Shown: piece after piece, positions 22,657 through 37,400 of the stretch
Numbering within the stretch: position 1 is the first letter of the stretch
Layout: each line of letters starts with the position of its first letter
NCBI GenBank assembly: GCA_026770705.1
Contig: JANJGN010000048.1
Span: 1,736,001 to 1,800,000, forward strand
Source of the DNA: Isurus oxyrinchus
Taxonomy: Eukaryota
Length of the DNA stretch: 64,000 nt
Direction of reading: 5' to 3'
The notes under the pieces: model-generated
The model's input: only the letters and a program-made list of their open reading frames with translations
Told to the model about the DNA's origin: nothing
The model's database searches: none
Translations under genes and position numbers: made by a program

Positions 22657-25600
22657 AACGGCGTTTGCTTGGCTCATAATGAAGTTCTTTGACCATTTCC
22701 TATTTGCCTCCACCAAACATTGAACCTCTTTCCAGCTCTACCTGTGCCACCGCCCTCAATCAGTTTGTATTTCACCTCATTTCTGTTCTTCCTTAGTTCA
22801 GATGAAGTATCATATGGACTCGAAACGTGAACTGTATGCCTCTCCGCAGATGCTGTCAGACCAGCTGAGATTTTCCAGCTATTTTTATTTCTGTGCAGTT
22901 ACCGGCAATTTCACCCTCGGAAGCTATTCTACAATTAAGTAAAAAGACTGCGTTCAGGTGAAGCAATTATTTACTGCCTCCTCTTCCACTCACAAAGGGT
23001 AACAGTTGTAATCCGGTTGTATTAGGTTGGTTGAGCCCCAGGCTCATCCACTGGGGACCTGGATTCAAGTCGAAATTTAGGTAGCAAATTGTGGAATTGA
23101 AAACTCGTCTTCCATTAACGGTGAGCATGAAAATGGCACCGATTGGTGTAAAAAGCCACCTGGTTCACGAATACCCTTCAGGGAAGGAAGATCTTCATCC
23201 TTATCAGACCTGTCCTACTTGTAACTTTTCACCCGTAGCAATGCTGTTGCCTGTTAGGTATCCTCTGAAAGGGCCCAGCAAGCCACCCAGCTCAAGGGCA
23301 ATTAGGGAAGGGTAATGAAGTCATAGCGTGCCAGTGACGGCCACATCCCATGAAAGAACAAAGGAAATATAAAATTCTACAAGTGCATTCGCTGCTGCAG
23401 TGTGGACACCACTATTTTAGGAAAAATCAACACAGGCTGGAGTGCCCACTTTGTAGAAATGCTCTGCTCAGTCCACAAACATGGCTCCGCCCCGGTTGCT
23501 ATTCCAGTCCAGCATCTTGCTCTCATGCTCACATTTCCGTCCTCGGCCTGATGCAATGTTCCAATGAAGCCCAATAAAGTGCTCAGAAATGAACCTCACC
23601 TTCCAATTTGGCGTCTTCCAGCCTTATGGAATCAAAACTGATGTCAACATCTTCAGTCAATGAACTCTGTCCTCTCTTTGTGTTATATTCCCCGTTTTTC
23701 AGTCTATATCATTTTCTGATATTTTACTTTCAGGCAGCACAGACCTTTATTCTCCTATTACCACATACTTGTATGTTGCTTTCAGAAAGCGCTGACCTTT
23801 AATCTGCTATTATCACCTGCTCTGGACCAATGCTTTGTACCTTTACTCATACCACACACCCTCAAAAGCGTATTCCCACCTGGAGAATTTCAAAGATGAA
23901 GCACGGGAAATGAGAGGAGAATGTTTCTAATTCGTAAACACATTCGTGGACTTTGGAGAGGAGAGGGACTTTGGAGATGGGAGTGGTGTCTTTCAGGTGC
24001 AGAGAGTTCATTATCTCTAAATTTTTCAGTGAAGTGACATGACTAAACAGGTTTGAAACAGATGATGGTGCCTCAAGAGAGCACCCTGAACAATATTTAC
24101 TGACCTGGGAACCAGGATGGGAGGTTTGAGGGGTCAGAATTTTATTGGGAGCAGAGTCCAGGGAACAAGAGGTGGGGCTCATGGAAAGGATGCGTTCCCC
24201 TGTTCCTGGAACAGCTCAACAGCGCCCTCCCTGGAGAGTCACTGACAGCAACTCCTGCATCCCTCTGTTGAAATGCACGTCTCCATACGTTTCAGAACTA
24301 ATACTCCTAAAGAAGTGTTGCTGTAGAGAAAGAGGATGATAACAATTTAGCCCTTGGAAGCTAAAATGAAAACAGAAAGAATTGAAAAACCCGTCAGAAC
24401 TGAAAGCACCAGTGGAGAGAGAAGCAGGTGGTTTTCAGAGCCGGATGTGGGTCTTCTTCGGAAGAGAGGAGCGAGATTGGGGTGTGATGGGATCTGTGCT
24501 GGTCAGAAAATGACAGAAGAGCATCTGGGGCTAAGGAGGTGAGGGATAACTTAAATAGAGGGGCATATTCAATGAAAACGTTGTCATTGAACACAAGACA
24601 AAGAGAGCCTTTATTTTGCTCCCGCATGACCTATTCTGAAACATTCTAGCCTGCGTCACAACACACCCCCAAAAGCCAGTGCGAGGAGCTGATGGAACTA
24701 TCTGTCATTGGGTTTGGGACTGTCCAATGAACTGCCTCTACCAGTGATCACACATTCTGCTATTTTGCACTCAGTCAGCACCCACCTTTATTCTGCTGTT
24801 ATCACCTACTCGGCATGAATACTTTCTGCCGCAAAGCCAGAAAACAGTCGCCCAGAGTAGGTGATAACAGCAGAATAAATGTGGCTGCTGTCTGAGAGCA
24901 AAATAGCGGAATGCTGTCACACTGGAAGAGGCAGGTCATTGGACAGACCAAATGCAAATGACAAAGCGTTCAATCAGCTCCTCGTAGTTGTTGCTGGGGG
25001 TGAGTGTGTAGCCCAGCGAGAGTGTTTCAGAGTAACGTATGGATTAGTAAACGTTATTCCTGGGCTAACTTTGATTCCCTGCATGGTCCTTGGAGTTGAG
25101 CAGAGATGGGAGCTTAACTGGGGCCGAGGCCGGCTTGACAAAAGCCATGGATTTAAGAGAGAGCAGGACATCGATAATGGCACAACCAAGAGAGTGACTG
25201 CGAAACTGATTGGTAAACTTGCAGCGAGAGGGTGTTTCAGAGAGGAGGATAAACGGGCTGCGTGTAAAGAGGAAAGAGAACAGAGGAATTGGAGATGCAG
25301 TAACGTGAGGAGGGAAGTCACACAATGCAATGGCAGAGGGAGAGTAGCAGTGAAGATATCTAGGTGCCAATGGTGTGATGATGATTTGGTGAGTCCTGGC
25401 GAAGGGGGATGAGATTGCAGGAATGCAGTGAGATTACCAAAGAAGGAGAAAGGGCAAGACAAATGAAAGGAAACACCAAGGTGTGACATGGTTGCAAATG
25501 CCAGGCTAGCATCATGACAGGCTGAGCTGGGTGGATGGCAGATGGAGAAGTAGAGGCTCCATTCACAGGGAAGATGCGATCCACCCATGTTCAGGTTTCC

Positions 25601-26525
25601 AATATGGCCAAGACCCCGATATAATCACCAACAATCAGCATACAATCACCCCTAATATCGATATAATCACCCCCAATATCGATACAATCACGGCCAATCT
25701 CGATACAATCAAGCACAATCGCGATACAATCACCCACAATCTCGATACAATCACCCACAATCAAGATACAATCACCCCCAATCTCGATACAATCAACGCT
25801 AATCGCGATACAATCACCCCCAATCTCGATGCAATCACCCACAATCTCGGCACAATCACCCCCAATCTCGATACAATGACACCCAATTTCGAAACAATTA
25901 CTTCTAGCAGGGTAAAGAATGTGAAATCCACCTAACATCTCAAACGCTGGGAAATGTTTCTTCCCATCGACTCTGCCCAGTCCACTCATGATTTTGAATC
26001 CCTCCATCAAACCTCCTGTCAACATTTCCTCCTCGAAGGGGAAAAGCCCCAGACTCTGCACCGCGTCCGCGGAACTGAAGCTTCTTGTCTCACGAGCGCC
26101 TCTGGTTATAAACTCAGTGCAACCCATTCTTCAACCTTCGCATCCTTCCCAAGCAGTGCTGCCTAGAATGTGACACCATATTCAGGGTGAGTTACTTACC
26201 GAGCACAAACTTCCAGCACTGTGAACCAGCGACTTGGACTCTGCTGAACGAGTGCTTGATCTCTGAGTGTTGTGAGTCAACAAGCACACAAAACAGTGAA
26301 CGCACAAATGTGTGGCTGCGGGCTCATGGTTGTCTCAATGAACAACCAAAGTTGCTGCTTTGTTTTTGTAAACAGCTTTATTTTGAAGCCATTCCGACAG
26401 CTGGCACATCCTTCATTAAATTCGGATGTTGCCGAATAATCTCTCTTTGCACATATGAAGCGAGTTTACCATGTCTGTGGGTATCAAGGTGAGAAACTGT
26501 GCACGGTTGCATTCAAAACATCAAA

Positions 26526-26597
26526 TGGAGATGCCGGGGATTGAACACGGGACATCATACATGCGAAGCATGCGCTCTACCACTGAGCTGCATCCCC
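26526..26597 (-). tRNA. tRNA-Ala-CGC: tRNA-Ala(CGC) variant, U8C and G52U (probably impaired)
   Basis: The + strand reads ttgaacacgg (T-stem mismatch) and gagctgcat (invariant U8 / A-box base changed). Confidence 0.65.
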
Positions 26598-26734
26598 AAC
26601 GGCGTTCGCCAAGTTCATAATGAAGCTCTTTGACCATGTCCTATTCGCCTCCACCAATCATTGAACCTCTTTCCAGCTCTACCTGTGCCACCGCCCTCAA
26701 TCAGCTTGTATTTCACCTCATTTCCACTCTTCCT

Positions 26735-26775
26735 CAGTTCTGATGAAGTATCATATGGACTCGAAACGTGAACTG
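26735..26775 (+). ncRNA. Degenerate minimal type I hammerhead ribozyme motif (CUGAUGA-retaining copy; also 38595, 42536, 46518, 50460; CAGAUGA variant in other units)
   Basis: CAGTT CTGATGA AGTATCATATGGACTC GAAAC GTG AACTG. Stem I (CAGTT/AACTG), both core boxes and the loopless stem III typical of Penelope HHRs are present. The cleavage triplet is GUG and stem II is weakened. Confidence 0.6.
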
Positions 26776-29700
26776 TATGCCTTTCTGCAGATGCTGTCAG
26801 ACCACCTGAGATTTTCCAGCTATTTTTATTTTTGTGTAGTTATCGGCAATTTCACCGTCTGAAACTATTCTACAATTAAATAAAAACGCTCCTTTCAGGT
26901 GAAGCAATTATTTACTGCTTCCTCTTCCACTCACGAAGGGTAACAGTTGTAATCTGGTTATATTAGGTTGGTTGAACCCCAAGGCTCATCCACTGGGGAC
27001 CTGGATTCAATTCGAAATTTAGGTAGCAAATTGTGGAATCGAAAACTCGTCTTCCATTAACGGTGAGCATGAAATTGGCACCGATTGGTTTAAAAACCCA
27101 GCTGCTTCTCGAACACCCTTCAGGGAAGGAAGATCTTCATCCTCATCAGGCCGGTCCTGCTTGTAACTTATCACACGTAGCAATGCTGTTGCCTGTTAAC
27201 TATCCTCTGAAAGGGCCCAGCAAGCCACCCAGCTCAAGGGCAATTAGGGAAGGGTAATGAAGTCATAGCGTGCCAGTGACAACCACATCCCATGAAGAAC
27301 AAAGGAAATGTAAAATTCTACCTCTGCATTCGCTGCTGCAGTGTGGACACCACTATTTTAGGAAAAATCAACACAGGCTGGGTGCCCACTTTGTAGAAAT
27401 GCTCTGCTCAGTCCACAAACATGGCCCCGCCCCAGTTGCTATTCCAGTCCAGCATCTTGCTCTCATGCTCACATTTGCGTCCTCGGCCTGACGCAATGTT
27501 CCAATGAAGCCCAATAAAGTTCTCAGAAAGGAACCTCACCTTCCAATTTGGCGTCTTCCAGCCTTATGGAATCAAAACTGATGTCAACATCTTCAGTCAA
27601 TGAACTCTGTCCTCTATTTGTATTATGTTCCCCGTTTGTCAGTCTATATCATTTTCTGATATTTTGCTTTCAGGCAGCACAGACCTTTATTCTCCTATTA
27701 CCACATACTGCTATTTTGCTTTCAGAAAGCGCTGACCTTTAATCTGCTATTATCACCTGCTCTGGACCAATGCTTTGTACATTTACTCATACCACACACC
27801 CTCAAAAGCTTATTCCCACCTGGAGAATTTCAAAGATGAAGCACTGGAAATGAGAGGAGAATGTTTCTAATTCGTAAACACATTCGTGGACTTTGGAGAG
27901 GAGAGGGACTTTCGAGATGGGAGCGGTGTCTTTCAGGTGCAGAGAGTTCATTATCTCTAAATTTTTCAGTGAAGTGACATGACTAAACAGGTTTGAAACG
28001 GATGATGGTGCCTCAAGAGAGAACCCTGAACAATATTGACTGACCTGGGAACCAGGATGAGAGGTTTGAGGGGTCAGAATTTTATTGGGAGCAGAGCCCA
28101 GGGAACAAGAGGTGGGGCTCATGGAAAGGATGCGTTCCCCTGTTCCTGGAACAGCTCAACAGCGCCCTCCCTGGAGAGTCACTGACAGCAACTCCTGCAT
28201 CCCTCTTTTGAAATGCACGTCTCCACACGTTTCAGAACTAATAGTCCTAAAGAGGTGTTGCTGTAGAGAAAGAGGGTGATAACAATTTAGCCCTTGGAAG
28301 CTAAAATGAAAACAGAAAGAATTGAAAAACCCGTCCGAACTGAAAGCACCAGTGGAGAGAGAAGCAGGTGGTTTTCAGAGCCGGATGTGGGTCTTCTTCG
28401 GAAGAGAGGAGCGAGATTGGGGTGTGATGTGATCTGTGCTGGTCAGAAAATGACAGAAGAGCATCTGGGGCTAAGGAGATGAGCGATAACTTAAATAGAG
28501 GGGCATATTGAATGAAAACGTTGTCATTGAACGTAAGACAAAGAGAGCCTTTATTTTGCTCCTGCATGACCTATTCTGAAACATTCTAGCCTGCGTCACA
28601 ACACACCCCCAAAAGCCAGTGCGAGGAGCTGATGGAACTATCTGTCATTGGGTTTGGGACTGTCCAATGAACTGCCTCTACCAGTGATCACACATTCTGC
28701 TATTTTGCACTCAGTCAGCGCCCACCTTTATTCTGCTGTTATCACCTACTCGGCATGAATACTTCCTGCCGCAAAGCCAGAAAACAGTCGCCCAGAGTAG
28801 GTGATAACAGCAGAATAAAGGTGGCTGCTGTCTGAGAGAAAAATAGCGGAATGCTGTCACACTGGAAGAGGCAGGTCATTGGACAGTCCAAAACAAAATG
28901 ACAAAGCGTTCAATCAGCTCCTCGTAGTTGTTGCTGGGGATGAGTGTGTAGGCCAGCGAAAGTGTTTCAGAGTAACGTATGGATTAGTAAACGTTATTCC
29001 TGGGCTAACTTTGATTCCCTGCATGGTCCTTGGAGTTGAGCAGAGATGGGAGCTTAACTGGGGCCGAGGCCGGCTTGACAAAAGCCATGGATTTAAGAGA
29101 GAGCAGGACATCGATAATGGCACATCCAAGAGAGTGACTGCGAAACTGATTGGTAAACTTGCAGCGAGAGGGTGTTTCAGAGAGGAGGGTAAACGGGCTG
29201 CGTGTAAAGAGGAAAGAGAACAGAGGAATTGGAGATGCAGTAACGTGAGGAGGGAAGTCACACAATGCAACGGCAGAGGGAGAGTAGCAGTGAAGATATC
29301 TAGGTGCCAATGGTGTGATGATGATTTGGTGAGGCCTGGCGAAGGGGGATGAGATTGCAGGAATGCAGTGAGATTACCAAAGAAGGAGAAAGGGCAAGAC
29401 AAATGAAAGGAAGCTCTAAGGTGTGACATGGTTGCAAATGCCAGGCTAGCATCATGACAGGCTGAGCTGGGTGGATGCCAGATGGAGAGGTGGAGGCTTC
29501 ATTCACAGGGAAGATGCGATCCACCCATGTTCAGGTTTCCAATATGGCCAAGACCCCGATATAATCACCAACAATCAGCATACAATCACCCCTAATATCG
29601 ATATAATCACCCCAATATCGATACAATCACGGCCAATCTCGATACAATCAAGCAGAATCGCGATACAATCACCTACAATCTCGATACAATCACCCACAAT

Positions 29701-30465
29701 CTCGATACAATCACCCCCAATCTCGATACAATCAACGCTAATCGCGATGCAATCACTCCCAATCGCGATACAATCACCCACAATCTCGATACAATCACCC
29801 CCAATCTCGATACAATGACACCCAATTTCGAAACAATTACTTCTAGCAGGGTCAAGAATGTGAAATCCACCTAACATCTCAAACGCTGGGAAATGTTTCT
29901 TCCCATCGACTCTGCCCAGTCCACTCATGATATTGAACCCCTCCATCAAACCTCCTGTCAACTTTCCCTCCTCGAAGGGGAAAAGCCCCAGACTCTGCAC
30001 CGCCTCCGCGGAACTGAAGCTTCTTGTCTCACGAGCGCCTCTGGTTATAAACTCAGTGCAACATATTCATAAACCTTCGCATCATTCCCAAGGAGTGCTG
30101 CCTAGAATGTGGCACCATATTCAGGGTGAGTTACTTACCGAGCACAAACTTCCAGCACTGTGAACCAGCGACTTGGACTCTGCTGACCGAGTGCTTGATC
30201 TCTGAGTGTTGTGAGTCAACAAGCACACAAAACAGTGAACGCACAAATGTGAGGCTGCGGGCTCATGGTTGTCTCAATGAACAAACACAGTTGCTGCTTT
30301 GTTTTTGTAAACAGCTTTATTTTGAAGCCATTCTGACCGGTGGCACATCCTTCATTGATTTTGGATGTTGCCGAATAATCTCTCTTTGCACATATGAAGC
30401 GAGTTTACCATGTCTGTGGGTGTAAATTTGAAAGACTGTGCAGAGGCTGCATTCAAAACATTAAA

Positions 30466-30537
30466 TGGAGATACCGGGTGTTGAAGCCGGGACCTCATAC
30501 ATGCAAAGCATGCGCACTTCCACTGAGCTACATCCCC
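30466..30537 (-). pseudogene. tRNA-Ala pseudogene with TGC anticodon
   Basis: GGGGATGTAGCTCAGTGGAAGTGCGCATGCTTTGCATGTATGAGGTCCCGGCTTCAACACCCGGTATCTCCA. G53C breaks the B box and T stem, the D stem has a mismatch, and the anticodon is TGC. Confidence 0.85.
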
Positions 30538-33500
30538 CACAGCCTTTACACGGCTCATAATGAAGCTCTTTGACCATGTCCTACTTGCCTCCACCAAACA
30601 TTGAACCTCTTTCCAGCTCTACCTGTGCCACCGCCCTCAATCAGTTTGTATTTCACCTCATTTCTATTCTTCCTCAGTTCAGATGAAGTATCATATGGAC
30701 TCAAAACGTGAACTGTATGCCTCTCCGCAGATGCTGTCAGACCACCTGAGATTTTCCAGCTATTTTTATTTCTGTGCAGTTACCGGCAATTTCACCCTCT
30801 GAAGCTATTCTACAATTAAGTAAAAAGACTGCGTTCAGGTGAAGCAATTATTTACTGCTTCCTCTTCCACTCACGAAGGGTAACAGTTGTAATCTGGTTG
30901 TATTAGGGTCGTTGAGCCCCAGGCGCATCCACTGGGGACCTGGATTCAAGTCGAAATTTAGGTAGCAAATTGTGGAATTGAAAACTCGTCCTCCATTAAC
31001 GGTGAGCATGAAAATGGCACCGATTGGTGTAAAAAGCCACCTGGTTCACGAATACCCTTCAGGGAAGGAAGATCTTCATCCTTATCAGACCTGTCCTACT
31101 TGTAACTTTCCAAACGTAGCAATGCTGTTGCCTGTTAACTATCCTCTGAAAGGGCCCAGAAAGCAACACAGCTCAAGGGCAATTAGGGAAGGGTAATGAA
31201 GTCATAGCGTGCCAGTGACGGCCACATCCCATGAAAGAACAAAGGAAATATAAAATTCTACCTCTGCATTCGCTGCTGCAGTGTGGACACCACTATTTTA
31301 ATAAAAATCAACACAGGCAGGGTGCCCACTTTGTAGAAATGCTCTGCTCAGTCCACAAACATGGCCCCACCCCGGTTGCTATTCCAGTCCAGCATCTTGC
31401 TCTCATGCTCACATTTCCATCCTCGGCCTGATGCAATGTTCCAATGAAGCCCAATAAAGTTCTCAGAAATGAACCTCACCTTCCAATTTGGCGTCTTCCA
31501 GCCTTATGGAATCAAAACTGATGTCAACATCTTCAGTCAATGAACTCTGTCTTCTATTTGTATTATGTTCCCCGTTTTTCAGTCTATATCATTTTCTGAT
31601 ATTTTGCTTTCAGGCAGCACAGACCTTTATTCTCCTATTACCACATACTTCTATTTTGCTTTCAGAAAGCGCTGAATGTTTAATCTGCTATTATCACCTG
31701 CTCTGGACCAATGCTTTGTACCTTTACTAATACCACACACCCTCAAAAGCTTAATCCCACCTGGAGAATTTCAAACATGAAGCACGGGAAATGAGGGGAA
31801 AATGTTTCTAATTCGGAAACACATTCGTGGACTTTGGAGAGGAGAGTGACTTCGGAGATGGGAGCGGTGTCTTTCAGGTGCAGAGAGTTCATTATCTCTA
31901 ATTTTTTTCGTGAAGTGACATGACTAAACAGGTTTGAAATGGATGATGGTGCCTCAAGAGAGAACACTGAACAATATTGATTGACCTGGGAACCAGGATG
32001 GGAGGTTTGAGGGGTCAGAATTTTATTGGGAGCAGAGCCCAGGGAACAAGAGGTGGGGCTCATGGAAAGGATGTGTTCCCCTGTTCCTGGAACAGCTCAA
32101 CAGCGCCCTCCCTGGAGGGTCACTGACAGCAACTCCTGCATCCCTCTTTTGAAATGCACGTCTCCACACGTTTCAGAACTAATAGTCCTAAAGAAGTGTT
32201 GCTGGAGAGAAAGAGGGTGATAACAATTTAGCCCTTGGAAGCTAAAATGAAAACAGAAAGAGTTGAAAAACCCGTCAGAACTGACAGCACCAGTGGAGAG
32301 AGAAGCAGGTGGTTTTCAGAGCCGGATGTGGGTCTTCTTCGGAAGAGAGGAGCGAGATTGAGGTGTGATGGGATCTGTGCTGGTCACAAAATGACAGAAG
32401 AGCAGCTGGGGCTAAGGAGGTGAGGGATAACTTAGATAGCGGGGCATATTGAATGAAAACGTTGTCATTGAACATAAGACAAAGAGAGCCTTTATTTTGC
32501 TCCTGCATGACCTATTCTGAAACATTCTAGCCTGCGTCACAACACACCCCCAAAAGCCAGTGTGAGGAGCTGATGGAACTATCTGTCATTGGGTTTGGGA
32601 CTGTCCAATGAACTGCCTCTACCAGTGATCACACATTCTGCTATTTTGCACTCAGTCAGCGCTCACCTTTATTCTGCTGTTATCATCTACTCGGCATGAA
32701 TACTTCCTGGTGCAAAGCCACAAAACAGTCGCCCAGAGTAGCTGATAACAGCAGAATAAAGGTGGCTGCTGTCTGAGAGCAAAATAGCGGAATGCTGTCA
32801 CACTGGAAGAGGCAGGTCATTGGACAGTCCAAATCCAAATGACAAAGCGTTCAATCAGCTCCTCGTAGTTGTTGCTGGGGGTGAGTGTGTAGGCCAGCGA
32901 GAGTGTTTCAGAGTAAGGTATGGATTAGTAAACGTTATTCCTGGGCTTTCTTTGATTCCCTGCATGGTCCTTGGAGTTGAGCAGAGATGGGAGCTTAACC
33001 GGGGCAGAGGCCAGCTTGACGAAAGCCATGGTTTTAAGAGAGAGCAGGACATCGATGATGGCACATCCAAGAGAGTGACTGCGAAACTGATTGGCAAACT
33101 TGCAGCGAGAGGGTGTTTCAGAGAGGAGGGTAAACGGGCTGCGTGCAAAGAGGAAAGAGAACAGAGGAATTGGAGATGCAGTAAGATGAGGAGGGAGGTC
33201 ACACAATGCAATGGCAGTGGGAGTAGCAGTGAAGGTATCTAGGTGCCAATGGTGTGAAGATGTTTTGCTGAGGCCTGGCGAAGGGTGATGAGAGTGCAGG
33301 AATGCAGTGAGATTACCAAAGAAGGAGAAAGGGCAAGAGAAATAAAAGGAAACACTAAGGTGTGACATCGTTGCAAATGCCAGGCTAGCGTCATGACTGG
33401 TTGAGCTGGGTGGATGGCAGATGGAGAAGTGGAGGCTTCATTCACAGGGAAGATGCGATCCACCCATGTCCAGGTTTCCAATATGGCCAATGCCCCGATA

Positions 33501-34404
33501 TAATCACCAACAATCAGCATAAAATCACCCCCAATATCGATGCAATCAACCCCAATATCGATGCAATCAACCCCAATATCGATGCAATCACGGCCAATCG
33601 CGATACAATCACCCACAATCTCGATACAATCACCCACAATCTCGATACAATCACCCACAATCTTGATCCAATCACCCCCAATATCGATACAATCAACCCT
33701 AATCGCGATACAATCTCCCACAATCTCGGCACAATCACCCACAATCTCCATACAATGACACCCAATTTCGAAACAATTACTTCTAGCAGGGTGAAGAATG
33801 TGAAATCCACCTAACATCTCAAACGCTGGGAAATGTTTCTTCCCATCGACTCTGTCCAGACCACTCATGATTTTGAACACCTCCATCAAACCTCCTGTCG
33901 ACATTCCCTCCTCGAAGGGGAAAAGCCCCAGACTCTGCACCGCCTCTGCGGAACTGAAGCTTCTTGTCTCACGAGCGCCTCTGGTTATAAACTCAGTGCA
34001 ACCCATTCATAAACCTTCGCATCCTTCCCAAGGAGTGCTACATAGAATGTGGCACCATATTCAGGGTGAGTTACTTACCGAACACAAACTTCCAGCACTG
34101 TGATCCAACGACTTGGACTCTGCTGAACGAGTGCTTGATCTTTGAGTGTTGTGAGTCAACAAGCACACAAAACAGTGAACGCACAAATGTGTGGCTGCAG
34201 GCTCATGGTTGTCTCAATGAATAACCACAGTTGCTGCTTTGTTTTTGTCAGCAGCTTTATTTTGAAGCCATTCCGACAGGTGGCACATCCTTCATTGAAT
34301 TCGGATGTTGCCGAATAATCTCTCTTTGCACATGTGAAGCGAGTTTACCATGTCTGTGGGTGCAAAGGTGAGAAACGGTGCACGGTTGCATTCAAAACAT
34401 TAAA

Positions 34405-34476
34405 TGGAGATGCCGGGGATTGAACCGGGAACATCATACATGCGAAGCATGCGCTCTACCACTGAGCTACATCCCC
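34405..34476 (-). tRNA. tRNA-Ala-CGC: tRNA-Ala(CGC) variant, C48U and C51:C63 mismatch
   Basis: The + strand reads ttgaaccgggaacatc instead of ttgaacccgggacatc; the rest is canonical. Confidence 0.7.
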
Positions 34477-37400
34477 AACGGCGTTTGCTTGGCTCATAAT
34501 GAAGCTCTTTGACCATGTCCTATTTGCCTCCACCAAACATGAACCTCTTTCCAGCTCGACCTGTCCCACCGCCCTCAATCAGTTTGTATTTCACCTCATT
34601 TCTATTCTTCCTCAGTTCAGATGAAGTATCATATGGACTCGAAACGTGAACTGTATGCCTCTCCGCAGATGCTGTCAGACCACCTGAGATTTTCCAGCTA
34701 TTTTTATTTCTGTGCAGTTACCGGCAATTTCACCCTCTGAAGCTATTCTACAATTAAGTAAAAAGACTGCGTTCAGGTGAAGCAATTATTTACTGCTTCC
34801 TCTTCCACTCACGAAGGGTAACAGTTGTAATCTGGTTGTATTAGGTTGGTTGAGCGCCAGGCTCATCCACTGGGGACCTGGAGTAAAGTCGAAATATAGG
34901 TAGCAAATTGTGGAATTGAAAACTCGTCTTCCATTAACGGTGAGCATGAAAATGGCACCGATTTGTGTAAAAAGCCACCTGGTTCACTAATACCCTTCAG
35001 GGAAGGAACATCTTCATCCTCATCATGTCTGTCATACTTGTGACTTTCCACACATAGTAATGTGGTTGTCTGTTAACTGTCCTCTGAAAGGGCCCAGCAA
35101 GCCACTCACCTTAAGGGCAATTAGGGAAGGGTAATGAAGTCACATCTTGCCAGTGACGGTCACATCCCATGAAAGAACAAAGGAAATATAAAATTCTACT
35201 AGTGCATTCGCTGCTGACAGTGTGGATACCTCTATTTTAGGACAACTCAACAAAGGCTGCGTGCCCACTTTGTAGAACATCTCTGCTCAGTCCACAAACA
35301 TGGCGTCGCCCTGGTTGCAATTCCAGTCCAGCATCTTGCTCTCATGTTCACATTTCAGTCTTCCACCTGATGCAATGTTCCAGTGAAGCCCAATAAATTT
35401 CTCAGAAATGAACCTCACCTTCCAATTAGGCGTCTTCCAGCCTTATGGAATCAAAACTGATGTCAACATCTTCAGTCAATGAACTCTGTCCTCTATTTGT
35501 ATTATGTTCCCCGATTTTCAGTCTATATCATTTTCTGATATTTTGCTTTCAGGCAGCACAGACCTTTATTCTCCTATTACCACATACTGCTATTTTGCTT
35601 TCAGAAAGCTCCGACCTTTAATCTGCTATTATCACCTGCTCTGGACCAATGCTTTGTACCTTTACTCATACCACACACCCTCAAAAGCTTAATCCCACCT
35701 GGAGAACTTCAAACATGAAGCACGTGAAATGAGGGGAAAATGTTTCTAATTCGGAAACACATTCGTGGACTTTGGAGAGGAGAGGGACTTTGGAGATGGG
35801 AACGGTGTCTTTCAGGTGCAGAAAGTTCATTATCTCTACATTTATTAGTGAAGTGACATGACTAAACAGGTTTGAAACGGATGATGGTGCCGCAAGAGAG
35901 AACCCTGAACAATATTGACTGACCTGGGAACCAGGATGGGAGGTCTGAGTGGTCAGAATTTCAGTGGGAGCAGATCCCAGGGAACAAGAGTTGGGGCTCA
36001 TGGAAAGGATGAGTTCCCCGGTTCCTGGAACAGCTCAACAGTGCCCTCCCTGGAGAGTCACTGACAGCAACTCCTGCATCCCCCTTTTGAAATGTACGTC
36101 TCCACACCTTTCAGAACTAATAGTCCTAAAGAAGTGTTGCTGGAGAGAAAGAGGGTGATAACAATTTAGCCCTTGGAAGCTGAAATGAAAACAGAAAGAG
36201 TTGAGAAACTTGTCAGAACTGGCAGCACCAGTGGAGATAGAAGCAGGTGGTTTCCAGAGCCGAATATGCGTCTTCTTCCAAATACAGGAGAGCGATAGGG
36301 GTGTGATGTGATCTGTGCTGGTCACAAAATGACAGAAGAACAGCTTGGGCTGAGGAGATGAGGGATAACTTAGATAGCGGGGCAGATTGAATGAAAACGT
36401 TGTCATTGAACACACAACAAAGAGAGCCTTTATTTTGCTCCTGCATGAGCAATTCTGAAAAATTTTAGCCTGCGTCCCAACTCACCCCCAAAAGCAAGTG
36501 CAAAGAGCTGATGGAACTATCTGTCATTGGGTTTGGGACTGTCCAATGAGCTGCCTCTGCCAGTGATCACACATTCTGCTATTTTGCACTCAGTCAGCAT
36601 CCACCTTTATTCTGCTGTTATCACCTACTCCGGGTGAAACTTCCTGCCGCAAAGCCAGAAAACAGTTGCCCAGAGTAGGTGATAACAACAGAATAAACGT
36701 GGCTGCTGTCTGAGAGCAAAATAGCGGACTGCTTTCGCACTGGAAGAGGCAGCTCATTGCACAATACAAAACCAAATGACAAAGCGTTCAATCAGCTCCT
36801 CGTAGTTGTTGCTGGGGGTGAGTGTGTAGGCCAGCGAGAGTGTTTCAGAGTAACGTATGGATTAGTAAACGGTATCCCTGGGCTAACTTTGATTCCCTGC
36901 ATGGTCCTTAAAGTTGAGCAGAGATGGGAGCTTAACTGGGGCAGAGGCTGGCGTGACGAAAGCCATGGTGTTAAGAGAGAGCAGGACATCGATGATGGCA
37001 CATCCAAGAGAGTGACTGCGAAACTGATTGATAAACTTGCAGCGAGAGGGTGTTTCAGAGAGGAGGGTAAACGGGCTGCGTGTAAAGAGGAAAGAGAATA
37101 CGAGGAATTGGAGATGCAGTAACGTGAGGAGGGAAGTCACACAATGCAATGGCAGAGGGAGAGTAGCAGTGAAGATATCTAGGTGCCAATGGTGTGATGA
37201 TGATTTGGTGAGTCCTGGCGAAGAGGGATGAGATTGCAGGAATGCAGTGAGATTACCAAAGAAGGAGAAAGGGCAAGAGAAATGAAAGGAAGCTCTAAGG
37301 TGTGACATGGTTGCAAATGCCAGGCTAGCGTCATGACAGGCTGAGCTGGGTCAATGGCAGATGGAGAAGTGGGGGATTCATTACAGGGAAGATTCGATCC

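Noticed and set aside
33239-34006. Longest ORF (255 aa) and relatives (e.g. 45254-45910, 60880-61500) as repeat proteins
   Set aside because: They are chance fusions of a CR1 remnant, a stop-free 21-bp minisatellite and an L2 remnant. The frame is broken by 1-bp indels in other units (e.g. near 29610, 49545 and 57275).
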